A stretch of DNA of 63,459 bases, counting the filler, from Salisapilia sapeloensis CBS 127946 (taxonomy: Eukaryota > Protista > Oomycota), in assembly GCA_023334545.1 (NCBI GenBank). It is 11 parts of 11 records of this genome, joined end to end, with 100 filler letters (N's around TTAATTAATTAA, not from the genome) between each part and the next. Parts side by side here need not be neighbours in the genome. Positions count along the whole stretch, not along the records: positions 1 to 31,775 come from JAADVB010000216.1; 10 more parts are not named here. The stretch is one strand, 5' to 3'. A program made the translations under genes and the position numbers. A model generated the notes under the pieces. The model was not told the origin of the DNA, ran no database searches, and saw only the letters and a program-made list of their open reading frames with translations. This document shows positions 1 to 11,608 of this stretch, in pieces; the first letter of the stretch is position 1, and each line of letters opens with the position of its first letter.

Positions 1-84
1 AGAAGGATTCGAGCAAAGACGATGACAAGCACTTCTGGGAGAAGAAGGATTCGAGCAAAGACGATGACAAGCACTTCTGGGAGA
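1..84 (+). repeat. 42-bp perfect tandem repeat (2 copies visible, may continue upstream)
   Basis: nt 1-42 are identical to nt 43-84. Confidence 0.95.
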
Positions 85-122
85 AGAAGAAGTCCAAGGG
101 CAGCTCTTCTTCCTCGGACTAG
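1..122 (+). CDS. 3' end of a 5'-truncated repeat protein (KDSSKDDDKHFWEK x2, then KKSKGSSSSSD-stop)
   Basis: The frame starting at nt 3 is open to TAG at 120-122. The 42-bp repeat unit is a multiple of 3. This frame differs from the ORF-track call 22..207. Confidence 0.55.
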   Translation, partial: KDSSKDDDKHFWEKKDSSKDDDKHFWEKKKSKGSSSSSD

Positions 123-853
123 CTCTGGTTCGATGACATCCCAGCGACTTTACACCTCCCTTGTCGCCCATGTTCACCATGCATCTTTCTGCTTTTCAGT
201 TTCGTAGCTCATTTGCTCGTAAAGCCGTTATGAAAACAAACACAATTATGAATTGTTGAAGCGATACGACTTGCCATTTCCTTTCTCACTCTTCAGTTGA
301 GTAGATACTAAAGGCATGGAACTGGCTAGGAAGACGTGGTAGAGTACATGTCTACTCTACCCATATAAGAGAGCTGTTTGCACTAAACTCTGCATCCAAT
401 GTCCTCTCATGTAGCAATCCAAAGTCAATTGACTGACGACGAGCACGCCGCAGCTGAAGAACATTCAAATAACATTTGAGGATTTGCAAAGTATCTTGAA
501 AATTCTGGCAGAACATCATTCCGCATATATTTTGGTTTCCATGTAGCTACTTGAATAGAAGGGTAGATTATATCAATATAGAAAGCTATTGATACTCCTG
601 CATCAATTTCATCTCGTAAATTGGCCCCTTTAGCCAGAAAGACATCTCTTTCATATCAGTTGAAGCACTATGGCTAGTACACGCATCTGCCTTTATCGTG
701 TAATCTACCATGTACGGCGCATGTCGTGTAAACATCCATCTTCTATGTACACACTTCCATACACCACTGGCGGAGAGCGTCCCACGTGAGCTCCATGTGT
801 CGTGTAGAAATCTAGCCATCCGTTGGTACTGTAAGAATGAGTGTCATGATCTT

Positions 854-867
854 CCATTCGTCCATTT
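854..867 (+). promoter_or_regulatory. Oomycete INR+FPR core promoter upstream of eEF1B-gamma
   Basis: CCATTCGTCCATTT fits YCATTYBNNNWTTY, about 30 nt upstream of the ATG. Confidence 0.6.
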
Positions 868-893
868 CGTTCATATCGAAGAAGTAAATACGT

Positions 894-2108
894 ATGACTA
901 TGAAGCTCTACACGCAAGCTGGTAACCCTCGAGCCATGAAGTCCCTCGTGGCCGCCGAATACGTCGGTGTCCAGATCGAACTTCCTGCGTTCGATATGGA
1001 AAAGGACCTTAAGAACAAGTCCTTCTTGGCCAAGTACCCGACTGGTAAGGTCCCGATGCTTGAGACCGAGGAAGGCTGTCTCTTTGAAAGCAACGCCATT
1101 GCTCGTTACGTCGCCCGTCTTCGTCCGGACGTTGGTCTCTACGGCAAGACATTCATCGACTCTGCTCATGTCGATTCCTGGTGCGATTTTTCCACCAACA
1201 GCGTCGAGACGCCTTGCAACGTGCTCTTGTACCAGGTCTTTGGCATCGTGCCATTTAACGCCGAGGCTGACGAGAAGGCCAAGAAGGACATTAAGGCTGC
1301 TCTCCAGATCCTCGACAACCACCTCCGTCTCCGCACGTATGTCGTTGGTGAAGGCATTACGCTTGCTGACATCATCCTCTGCTGCACTCTGCTCTACCCG
1401 TTCAAGATGCTCCTCGACAAGGAGTTCCGTAAGCCGTACTCGAACGTCACGCGTTGGTTCACCACGTGTGTTGCCCAGCCGGAGTTCCAGATGATCATGG
1501 GCGACGTGCCGCTCTGTGACAAGGCCACCAAGGCTCCTGGTGATGACAGTGGCAACAAGAAGCAGGCTGCCAAGAAGGAGAAGAAGGAGAAGCCTGCTGA
1601 GGAGGCTCCCAAGCCGAAGAAGCAGGAGCACCCGCTTGCTGTTCTCAACCGTGAGAAGCCTTCCTCCATGCCGATGGACTCGTGGAAGGTCCAGTACAGT
1701 AACAATTCTGGCGCTGATGCCATGAAGTGGTTCTGGGAGAACTTGGACCAGGAAGGCTACTCTGTCTGGTTCTGCGACTACAACTACAACGAAGAGAACA
1801 AGATGGCGTTCATGGTCAGCAACGCCGTCACTGGTTTCCTCCAGCGTTCGGAAGAAGTTCGCAAGTACGCTTTCGGTGTCATGGACGTGTGTGGCAAGGA
1901 AAAGGAAGAGATTATTATCACCGGTTGCTGGTTGTTCCGTGGTGACTCTGAGAAGTACATGATCGACGCTAACCCGGACGCCGAGTACTACACGTGGACG
2001 CGCGTGACGGACTTTTCGGACGAGAACAAGGCTCGCATTGAAGCCTACTGGACGAACGAAGAGGAGCTCGAAGGCCGTCCGATCATGGACTCCAAGGTCT
2101 TTAAGTAA
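894..2108 (+). CDS. EEF1G: Translation elongation factor eEF1B gamma
   Basis: GST-like N-terminus (P.GKVPMLET.EG.LFESNAIARYVA), Lys-rich linker and EF1G C-terminal domain (MDSWKVQYSN, FWENLD.EGYSVW, GFLQR). Strong codon bias. The start may be ATG 900. Confidence 0.95.
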   Translation: MTMKLYTQAGNPRAMKSLVAAEYVGVQIELPAFDMEKDLKNKSFLAKYPTGKVPMLETEEGCLFESNAIARYVARLRPDVGLYGKTFIDSAHVDSWCDFSTNSVETPCNVLLYQVFGIVPFNAEADEKAKKDIKAALQILDNHLRLRTYVVGEGITLADIILCCTLLYPFKMLLDKEFRKPYSNVTRWFTTCVAQPEFQMIMGDVPLCDKATKAPGDDSGNKKQAAKKEKKEKPAEEAPKPKKQEHPLAVLNREKPSSMPMDSWKVQYSNNSGADAMKWFWENLDQEGYSVWFCDYNYNEENKMAFMVSNAVTGFLQRSEEVRKYAFGVMDVCGKEKEEIIITGCWLFRGDSEKYMIDANPDAEYYTWTRVTDFSDENKARIEAYWTNEEELEGRPIMDSKVFK

Positions 2109-3185
2109 ACAATAGGTTGGACTTCCGATTAACAAAGAAATAGCTTTTGCGTACCTTTTAGAAGTGTCATGGAAACTTAGGCTCGTCTCAAAGTAGATCA
2201 TCGTCTTGAGGGACATGTCTAGACTCGTCTGTCAGCGTCAGATCTTAATAGCGGCAGGATCTGATAAACTCAGACGTCATCTGGCCATCGCCATCAATTT
2301 TCAAGACGCTAATAGGTACCTTGCACCATGATCTCCTTTCCGAGATTATACATGCTTGATATTGAATCAAATTTATCTTGAGAAGATAGAGATGGTAGGA
2401 GTGGAGATGACTACGTTGCAGTAGATAAAAGGCAGTACGAGAATCTTATCAGTATTTAATGACAGCTATGTAGTAGGTGCAAACTCAACTTGTACAAAGA
2501 AGTGGGAGGGAAAAGTTGCAGATTGATAGATAGAAGTTCAATGCTGGAGTAGAAATGCAGCAATGGAGCGAGATCACATGGCAAGACCACACTCTCAAGC
2601 TGAGTGCAATTTAGATGATAATTGAAACAGTATGAAAACAGGAGTATGCATTAGTCACCACTCAACCGCCTTCAGATTTGTAGTTTAGCTTGGCTATGCA
2701 TAAAATGCATACCAGGAACATATTCATGTCGATAAGAGCCAAGGAGGATGGCGTAGATCTATCTTGGGCCTTTTACATCGCAACACCATCAGACTTTCTT
2801 CACATCACAGACAGCTACCATCCTATCAAGCTATAGATACTTTTGATAAGGTGAGAAGAGTCTAACTACACACATACGACAAGGTTCACTCCGGACTGTT
2901 ATTGCCTGTCTTTTTGTTGTTGTTGCAACGAATAACTTTATTTGAAGTTATTCTTTGGGACCCCAGAGGATCCTCCCGTCGCGAAACGGCGGATGGTATG
3001 CGCTTGATCGTGGATTAGGCGGTGTGAGCTGAGTGGACTGCCATTGCCTATCGGAAACCTCCAACCAAACGCTATGTTACCGTTCCACTTCAACCCAACT
3101 TCAATAACTGATTATAACTTCATCTAATGTCTATATTCTGAACAGCTACTATTTCCTCCACGCCTCCCACCATACAAATCGCAAT

Positions 3186-4400
3186 ATGGGCAAGAAGAAT
3201 GGCGGTGCTAGTTCTGGAGGCAAAGGCCGTGATCGAGGCAAGCGTCGTGGACCTCCTCCAGCTACGGAAAAAGGCTCTGAAGAACGGGAGCTAGACTACA
3301 AACGCCGATCTTTTCCCATCCCATTGCGTATGTGGGACTTCCAGCAATGTGATTCGAAACGATGCACTGGACGCAAGCTCTGCCGACTCGGTACCATGCT
3401 TTCTTCCCTTCTAAATACTCTAGACAAGATCTTACACATATTGCAATAGGATATGTCAAGTCAATGCGACCAGGACAAAACTTTCGTGGACTTGTGCTCT
3501 CACCTGCTGGAGAGCAAGCAGTCTCGCCTGCCGATAAGGTAGATATCCTCCATCTTGATCTTCCATTCATCCATTCTTACACTTCCATAGGAACTGGTGG
3601 AGGAAGTCGGTATTTCTGTCATCGATTGCTCATGGGCAAAAGTCCAGGAGCTACCGTATCGTCAAGTCCGCTCTGGAAGTCATCGTTTGCTCCCATTCCT
3701 CGTCGCTGCAAACTCTGTCAACTACGGCAAACCGCATAAACTCTCTTGTGCTGAAGCAATTGCAGCTACATTATACATTGTCGGATTAAAAGACCTTGCT
3801 GTGCAAGTCATGGACGAATTCTCGTGGGGACCAGAGTTCCTTCGCATTAACGCCGATTGTCTCGAAGCCTACTCGGAATGCGAAGACAGTAGTCAAGTCG
3901 TACAAGCTCAGAATGCATACTTGGAAGCAGTTGAAAAGGAGCATCAGGAACGTATGAAACGATTTGAATTACCTCCACTGGACGATAGTGAGGAAGAAGT
4001 AGAGGAGGAAGAGGAAGCACCAGCTCCAAGTGTTCAGGACCAGCTCCTACACCAAAAAGTCTACGGCAGCTCCTCTGTCGAGCAATCTGCCTCCGATGAA
4101 GAACTTGATACTTTAACCAAGAACCTTCATCTCTCGAAAGACGCTGTTGAAAAGACACAAAGGAGACGTCAAGAGCGTCAGGAAGAACGTAATCAAGGTG
4201 AATTCCCAGATACGCATGCTTTCGAGTCGATGGAAGACGCAGAGAAGCAACAAGTTTCTGCTGCCTACTTGGAACGCACGGCAGTTGCCGTGTCGGGAGA
4301 CGCTGTGCTCGAACTGTCTGAATCGAACTGGAATAAGTGGACGAACCGACAGGAGGAAGTAGGTAGAAAGCTTAGTGAAGATAGGCAAGACGAGTTCTAA
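3186..4400 (+). CDS. TSR3: 18S rRNA aminocarboxypropyltransferase TSR3 (3 exons)
   Basis: [53 protein letters not shown] motifs. GT-AG introns 3391-3449 and 3539-3590 join the three ORF pieces in frame. Confidence 0.93.
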
Positions 4401-4432
4401 GTCAAAACCATGGCATTGTTTCGCTTTCCACT

Positions 4433-6989
4433 TTATATCGCCGGATGAAACACAGGTGCGACGACTTGATCGTCCTGGTATGAGCTCGAGGCACTCCCGT
4501 TGTTGTTACTATTGCGAACACCTTTCCGAGTCGGAAGTGTCTTCTTCTTTTGCCATGACATGACAGAGAACTTGGGACTCCGCGGAACTGTAAGGCGCTT
4601 ACTAGTAGCTGGGTGATGTGTTCCTGTCTGCTTCTTCGGACATGCAGTCGATGGTCGAGCTTTAGCTCTCGTAGCAGTGGCTGTCGCATCGGCTACGCTT
4701 GTCTTGTCATTCTCATTGCGTCGATGGGCTCGTAAGAGAGAGCTAGCGGAACCGACGAACCGATTGTTACTTGACGAGAGGGACTTGGATCGATTCGGGC
4801 CGGCGGACTGTGCTCGTTGACGAGGTGGCTGGAAGCCTGGGGGATTCGAAGGCCCATGCTTTGGACGAGAGTGGTCGTTACTAGCTGGTTTAGCTCGACT
4901 AGGTTTCATCTCTGTAGAGTTTGGTGGAGATCCTGCTGATGGACTGGACGAAGAGGAAGATGACGTTGCACCCTGCCGTCTTGGTACCTTGTCAATTGGC
5001 TGCTTATCTCTTGTTTCTATTTTGTCTTCGATTGCAGCTTGCCCAACTCCTGCCTTTGCTACGCTACCACTTACAACCGTTGCATCAGCCTTTGGCAATG
5101 CCGACATGGACTTCCGATCTCCGAGTGGTGTCGATGAACCCCACGCTCCAGCAGCATCCGGTCGGAACGCTGCCGTTGGACAGACCGACGGTATGATGTG
5201 GACAAAGCCAGCGATGCTATTTCTAGGTTTCGTACACTCGCTACTCTGAAGTGATGGACCGTGCTTCGATGCAGATTGCTGTCTCGGCACGGAAGGTTTG
5301 GTTAGGGCGTGGATACGATGTCTACCAGATCCCAAGCGAATAGTTTGTCCGATAGATCCTCGGGCGTCATTTGTCCCTTCCTTTTCTCCGCTTATCCTGA
5401 TCTCTTCCTGCTGGATGCTACGCCGTCTCATGCTGCTTCCAGCAGGTCCACAGTGCACTTGGACAGCCTCACTTTTCCCACCTTCACTGATCTCATGACT
5501 CTCAATAATAGAGTTCGTATGGATACTTGAAACCTTTATTATTCGGTCATCACTCTTCCCGTTCATGTTTGCTGTAACTACTTTACCTACACTAGGTGCT
5601 GTCTTCTCACTACTTTCTGTTTTTAATGTATTACCTGCCTCCTGCAGAATAAGAGCCTTGAGATCACTTTTGATCAAGTTTTTCACATCAAAAGAGAAAT
5701 CCATTCGAGTTCGAGCTGATATTCCATCCGTACCTAAGGTTGCCGGGGAATACTTATTCCGATATTTCCGGTCTGCAGCCTGCAAGTACGGATGAGCAAT
5801 CGCTTCTGAGGCAGATAATCTTCGGTTTGGGTCAATCTGTAGTAGCTTGTCTAATAAATCTAGCGCATCGTTGCTTGCAGTCGGGAAAAGATGCTTCATG
5901 GACACCCGTGGCTTGGATCCGAGTGATTTGACAAAGCGCTGAGCCTGTGCACTCTTTAATCCTGCAGCCAAGTCTGCTGGAGGCGAACCAAGGACATCAA
6001 AGATCAATGAAAGCTGGTGCAAAAAGTTCTTCCCTGGAAACAAAGCCTTCCGGCCGAGAATTTCAGCCAAGATACAACCAACTGCCCACATATCGATACT
6101 TTCGTCGTAAATACCATCAGGCTGCAGCATCAATTCCGGTGCTCGGTACCAGCGCGTCACAACGTGTTCAGTCATCGGAGCACGAGTTGCTGACGATGCA
6201 CGTCCGCGAGCTGTGGTAGGTGCAGATCGAGGTCGGTTTGACGCCAGTCCTGTAATAAGTGAACGAGCTGAAGCCTGTGGGATTTTTCGTGCGAGACCAA
6301 AGTCTGCAATCTTCAGCTGGCAATTCTTTGTAAGAAGCAGGTTGCCAGGCTTCAAGTCTCGATGAAGTACTCCGTTTGCATGAAGGTGACGGACACCATG
6401 TAGTAATTGCAGCATAAAAGATTGAATATGGGCCTCTGAAAGTGCCTGAGAGCTCTGCAAAACACGATGGAGATCGGTATCCATCAAATCGAGCACGAGA
6501 TATAATTCATCTTCTTTCACGTTAACATGCACATTATGCAGAGCGATAACCTGCTTTGCACGTCAATCAATTCTAAACAGTTTGACATTGAACGATGCAG
6601 CTTACGTTTGGATGATCGCCTAGAAGCTTTAATAAGCGTACTTCTCGTAGAATGCGTTTGGCGTCTGTTGTCCTCTGTGTCATCGGAGCTACTTTTTTGA
6701 TAGCAATGTTGCGACCTAAAGTAAGGTCTTTAGCAGAACTACACAGGTCATGCATCAGACACAGCTAGTTAAACAATCGTATGGACACTTCGTACCATAC
6801 AACTCCATACGACCCTTTGCCAAGAGCATTGATGTACTGGTACCGAGCATCAACTTTGAACACCGTGCCATAGACACTGAAAGTTTGGCTTAGCGGCTCC
6901 GATGATATGGAAACACTCGTCTCAGTTGCTACACGGGTCTTTCCAACGTCATTTTGATGCTCTGGCTTGGAGCCTTGATGTGCCTGCAT
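4433..6989 (-). CDS. MAP kinase-family protein with TEH activation motif and long low-complexity C-terminal tail (3 exons)
   Basis: GKGSYGVV, IAIKK, HRDLKPGN, DFG and MTEHVVTRWYRAPE. ORFs 6765-6989, 6573-6755 and 4433-6532 are joined by two GT-AG introns. Confidence 0.9.
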
Positions 6990-7153
6990 GGATAACTAAG
7001 ATCACGTTTATCGTGAATCAGCTAAACGCATGGACAGGTCTATTGCACCAAATCGGAATGCGCAGCTAATAATAGGATCCAGCAATGCATCCAACAGATA
7101 CGTTCTGTTTAAAGGTGTACTGAAACGATCAACTACAGTCGACGCTTGAAAGC

Positions 7154-7612
7154 ATGGAAGCAGTCGGTAGCATCGGCTTAGGCATTCTCTTGGGTGCAGC
7201 AGTCATACAGACAGTAGATTACCTACCATCATCCTGGTTCCAATTAAAGTTTCTAGCAAATGAAGATCCATCTACTACCTCTGAAGGTGAAGAGATGATG
7301 ATACCATCAAAAGCTACGAACACAATTATAAGACAACAAAAGAAAGAGTATCCTCAAGACACAGACGTCGTAAAGGTGAAATGGATGTCAAGTACACGTT
7401 CTAATCAATCAAGCCTCTGTCGAGCCTCTCGTCGATTCGATACAGTCTTTTACTCACTCGTCACCATCGGCTTCATCTACCTGCTATGGTATGAATACAA
7501 CATCAATCTCTTCGCTCTTCTAAGCTACGCTTTTCCTCGTGAATCCGAAGCACTCCATCAGATCATCATCACACCCTCCCACCTCTTCCAATCTTTTTTC
7601 TACCAAACTTAA
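7154..7612 (+). CDS. Small hypothetical membrane protein
   Basis: 152-aa ATG ORF with N-terminal and near-C-terminal hydrophobic segments, filling the gap between two genes. No family recognised. Confidence 0.5.
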   Translation: MEAVGSIGLGILLGAAVIQTVDYLPSSWFQLKFLANEDPSTTSEGEEMMIPSKATNTIIRQQKKEYPQDTDVVKVKWMSSTRSNQSSLCRASRRFDTVFYSLVTIGFIYLLWYEYNINLFALLSYAFPRESEALHQIIITPSHLFQSFFYQT

Positions 7613-7656
7613 ATAAATACAAAGCTCTGTCGCGAACTCGTGCGTGTATTGCTCTC

Positions 7657-9143
7657 TTAGTCCAACAACCTCTGCTCCGCCGCACGTGCGTGTCCTTCCA
7701 GTCCTTCCATCCTCGCCAGTTCCGCCGAGTCCTTCACCAGCGTCTGGGACGCCGCAGCATCATCCACTCGTAGCCACGTACGGATGCGAAGGAACGTGTG
7801 GACGGACAGTCCGCCAGTGTACTTGGCCGTACCTCCCGTCGGCAGCACGTGGTTCGGTCCGGCGCCATAGTCACCAAAGACTTCCGCCGCGCGACCTCCA
7901 ATGAACAGACCACCGTAGTTGGTCATCTGCGCAGCCACATCATTCGCGTTCGCGGTGATCACCTCGAGATGTTCAGGTGCCAGCACGTCCGCTACGGACA
8001 CACAAGTAGCCAAGTCCGGGCAGAGCACTGCAAAGCCATTGGTGACAGCGACTTGGGCGGTGGCACCAGTCGAGAGCGTGGCCAATTGGCTGACGATCTC
8101 AGCGTTGACTTCATCAATCACCTTTTGGCTCATGGTCACGAGGATCGGGACGGCAGCAGTGTCATGTTCTGACTGGGCGAGCAAGTCTGCCGCGATGGTG
8201 GCGGGAGAAGCAGTTTCATCTGCGACCACGAGGCACTCGGACGGACCAGCCAGCATGTCAATAGCACACTTACCGAAGACGAGAGACTTGGCAGCAGTAA
8301 CCCAGCTACGTCATATAGGAATGAGATATGATTCGATTAGTAAGAGTAGGAGTAGTCGTACTTGTTGCCAGGGCCGACGATGATGTCACACGGAGGCACA
8401 CCGCCTACACCGTACGCCATGGCCGCAACCGCCTAGACATGGGTGAGTACTGGGTCTGTATATGTCGCTTAAGAGGACTACCTGTGCGCCACCGACAGCA
8501 AGGAAGTAGTCGGCGTCTGCGAGGTAGGCAGCTGCCAGCGTCGCGGCAGCTGGACGAGGCGAGCACACGACGACAGTCTTGACACCCGCGACGCGAGCTG
8601 TTAGCGCTGTCATAAGCACCGAGGACGGCAGTGGGTACTAGATACATGTACTATTAGACGAGGTTTCTATCTGATTCACAACGAGCTAACGTACACGTCC
8701 ACCAGGAGCGTAGCATCCAGCAGCATTCACAGCAGCCACCTACATCAGTCCAATAAGGTACATTGCAACAGACAAGCGAGGAGTTGACGCACCGATTGAC
8801 CAGCAAAGCCTCCATCGACCTGTTGTTCGAATTCCTGGATTGAAGCTCGTTGGGTCGTAGCAAAGACCTTGATGCGTTGAGCTGTGCGACGCAAGACCTC
8901 CTGCTGATGCGGAGGTAGACTCATGAGAGCTGCTCGCAATTGGTCCTTCGTAATCAGCAGTTCGCTCGAGCTGTCGGGTACATCACCGAGACGAGCAGCA
9001 TGCTGACGTAATGCGTCTTCACCTTTCGTCTGGACATCCTTGACAATGACTTTTGCATCTTCAAGTGCTTTCGCATCCACTGGGTCGTATGAAAACGCCG
9101 CGACGTCGGTTGGTGCGATCTGCTTTAGTCCGTTCGTCGCCAT
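7657..9143 (-). CDS. hisD: Histidinol dehydrogenase (multi-exon)
   Basis: GCYAPGG, YPLPSSVLM, VGGAQ, IVGPGN, IDMLAGPSE, ADLLAQSEHD, APEHL and GAGPNHVLPTGGTA motifs are spread over ORFs separated by short introns. Start taken at ATG 9143. Confidence 0.9.
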
Positions 9144-9662
9144 TAATCTCGATTCTGAGGTAGAGGATGAATACCTCTTTATAAGACATAGATGACGCAA
9201 ACATCGTCATCAGTTCCGAGAATGCATGCAGGAGATTCACTTGCTTTTTAAGTCGTACGTACTTGCTAGAATGCTTCATCTGTCCATGCATCGAGTCATC
9301 TTTGCGTGCGATCATATATGATGTGGAGGAATCGAACCATCGTCGCGTACGACTTTCTTCCTCGAGATTTGTCTTCGTTCTCCGGATATATCACGTCATC
9401 TTGAAAGTAGAAGAAACTAGTGCATCAGAGCAAGTAATACATGTATTCAAATGCTACGTGGACTTGGATGTTTATACCGTCGTGCGAATAAACCGTTGAA
9501 AGACGCATTGCAAGATAAAAGAGAGAGCTCATCGCGTCCATTGTATCGTCTCAGTACCCCAACTTCAAACACAAGACCTCTTTGTCCGGTACTCAGTTCC
9601 CGTCTGTCCAGTTGGTCGTGTTTGAAGCTCCTGACACTCGCTTGTCTCTCTATCATTTCAAA

Positions 9663-11165
9663 ATGCCACATCAAGTGCTCTTTCCCGACAACTTTGTATG
9701 GGGTACGGCCACTGCTTCGTATCAGGTAGAAGGAGCGACGGATGAAGGTGGTCGAGGCGATTCGATTTGGGACGCCTTCGCACGAACGCCAGGCAAAGTG
9801 AAGAATGGCGAGACGGGAGCAAAAGGCGTCGACCACTACCATCGATACAAGGAAGATGTTCAGCTCATGAAGCAAATGGGGCTGAAGCACTATCGTCTAT
9901 CTATCGCATGGCCTAGAATCATTCCATCCGGCATCGGACCAGTGAATGAAGAAGGCGTCGCGTTCTATAACAACCTTATCGATGAGCTTCTAGCGAATAA
10001 TATCAAGCCGCTCGTGACACTATATCATTGGGATCTCCCACTAGCGCTCCAAACAGAATACGACGGATGGCTCGGTGGCGAAATCATCCAACAAGCGTTC
10101 GTCCAGTACGCTCGCGTCTGCTTCGAACGCTTCGGCGATCGTGTCAAGATGTGGCTCACTTTCAACGAGCCATGGTGCACCTCTGTCCTCGGCTACGGTG
10201 TCGGTGTCCATGCTCCAGGACGGAAGCTAAAAGGACACATCGAAGCCTACCAATGTGGCCACAACCTCCTCCTATCCCACGCCAAGACCGTCGACATGTA
10301 TCGTCGAGACTTCCAGCAGACACAACAAGGTCTCATCAGCTTATCGCTCAACTGTGACTTTCGTGAGCCAGCGCCATCGACGGACGAGGACCAGCTAGCT
10401 GCAAACCAAGAAGCGTGCCAACGCTCTCTCCTCTTCCAGCTCGGATGGTTCGGCGACCCAGTCTTCTTCGGCGATTACCCTCAGGTCATGAAAAGCCGTT
10501 GTGGCGACCGCCTACCGTCGTTCACGGAGGAGGAGAAGAAGTTGTTGAAAGGAAGTGTAGATTATTTCGCGTTAAACCACTATGGCTCGGCCTACACGGC
10601 ACCGAGTAAAGCATATATGAATAACGAACCTCCTCCGAATGATAATACAGGCGGGTGGGAAGCAGATGAAGGTGTGTATCTATTGACAAACGGTGGGATT
10701 TGGAAGAAACCGATCATGGGATGGAATTGCGTTCCGTGGGGGCTCCAGAAACTCCTCTTGTGGATACAAAAGAGGTATAAGCCAGTGAATGGCATCTACG
10801 TGACGGAGAACGGGACGGCGTGGCCAGATAGAACGAGAGCAGAGGCACAGGAAGATGACTTTCGAGTCGACTACTTTCGAGATTATATTCATTGCATGCG
10901 GAAAGCCATTGATGCTGGTGCAGATGTGCGAGGGTACTTTGCCTGGAGCTTTTGTGATAACGTAAGTGGGTCTTGTGGATCAAGTACAAGTAGAAAACTA
11001 ATGCTTGCTGTCGTCTAGTACGAATGGGAACTTGGGTATGGCACGCGATTTGGATTGCACTGGATCGACTACGATACGATGGAACGTGTGCCTAAGAAGA
11101 GCGCTTACTTCTTTGCAGACTGTGTCCGGAACAACGGGTTCACCGTCTCCATCTCAGGGTTTTGA
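9663..11165 (+). CDS. Glycoside hydrolase family 1 beta-glucosidase (2 exons, no evident signal peptide)
   Basis: FVWGTATASYQVEGA, YRLSIAWPRI, TLYHWDLP, TFNEP (acid/base) and YVTENG (nucleophile). Intron about 10962-11018; last exon YEWELGYGTRFGL ends at TGA 11165. Confidence 0.93.
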
Positions 11166-11608
11166 TAGAGAACGTACCTTAGGTTAGATCGAAAGTTGCT
11201 TGAAGTGAAGGACATATCCAAGACATGTGCATGCTACGTTGTATTCAATTTGTCCACTAGTTTATTTGTACTACATCGTCTCCGATCGATGTGTCTGTGC
11301 ATCTATGGTTCTCCAGATACAAGTCGGATTTGCAGGGGAGTTTCTTACAGTGTCTTACCTATTACCACGTAGGCGTGTGTCTTCGTCCAAACGGAACGAG
11401 TAGAAAGCTAATCGTATGCTGGTAACCAATTAAAAGAATAAGTTGGATGGTTCATTGGCCGAGAAGCTGTCCATGCGGTAGAATTACCAAGACTACACCT
11501 CTTCAAGATGCCATCAGCACTCGAGCATACCACGTGCCCTGACGGACGTCGCACAGATGTCGTGCTGATTAAGAGGAGGTCCTATCCATTCAAACTTTTA
11601 GACAGAGA

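Noticed and set aside
705-2216. 503-aa antisense ORF covering eEF1B-gamma
   Set aside because: Shadow ORF. The highly biased sense gene avoids TTA/CTA/TCA codons, which removes antisense stops, and the product has no recognisable motifs.
2768-2776. GCCTTTTAC, matching the U5 snRNA loop I
   Set aside because: No flanking stem or Sm site.
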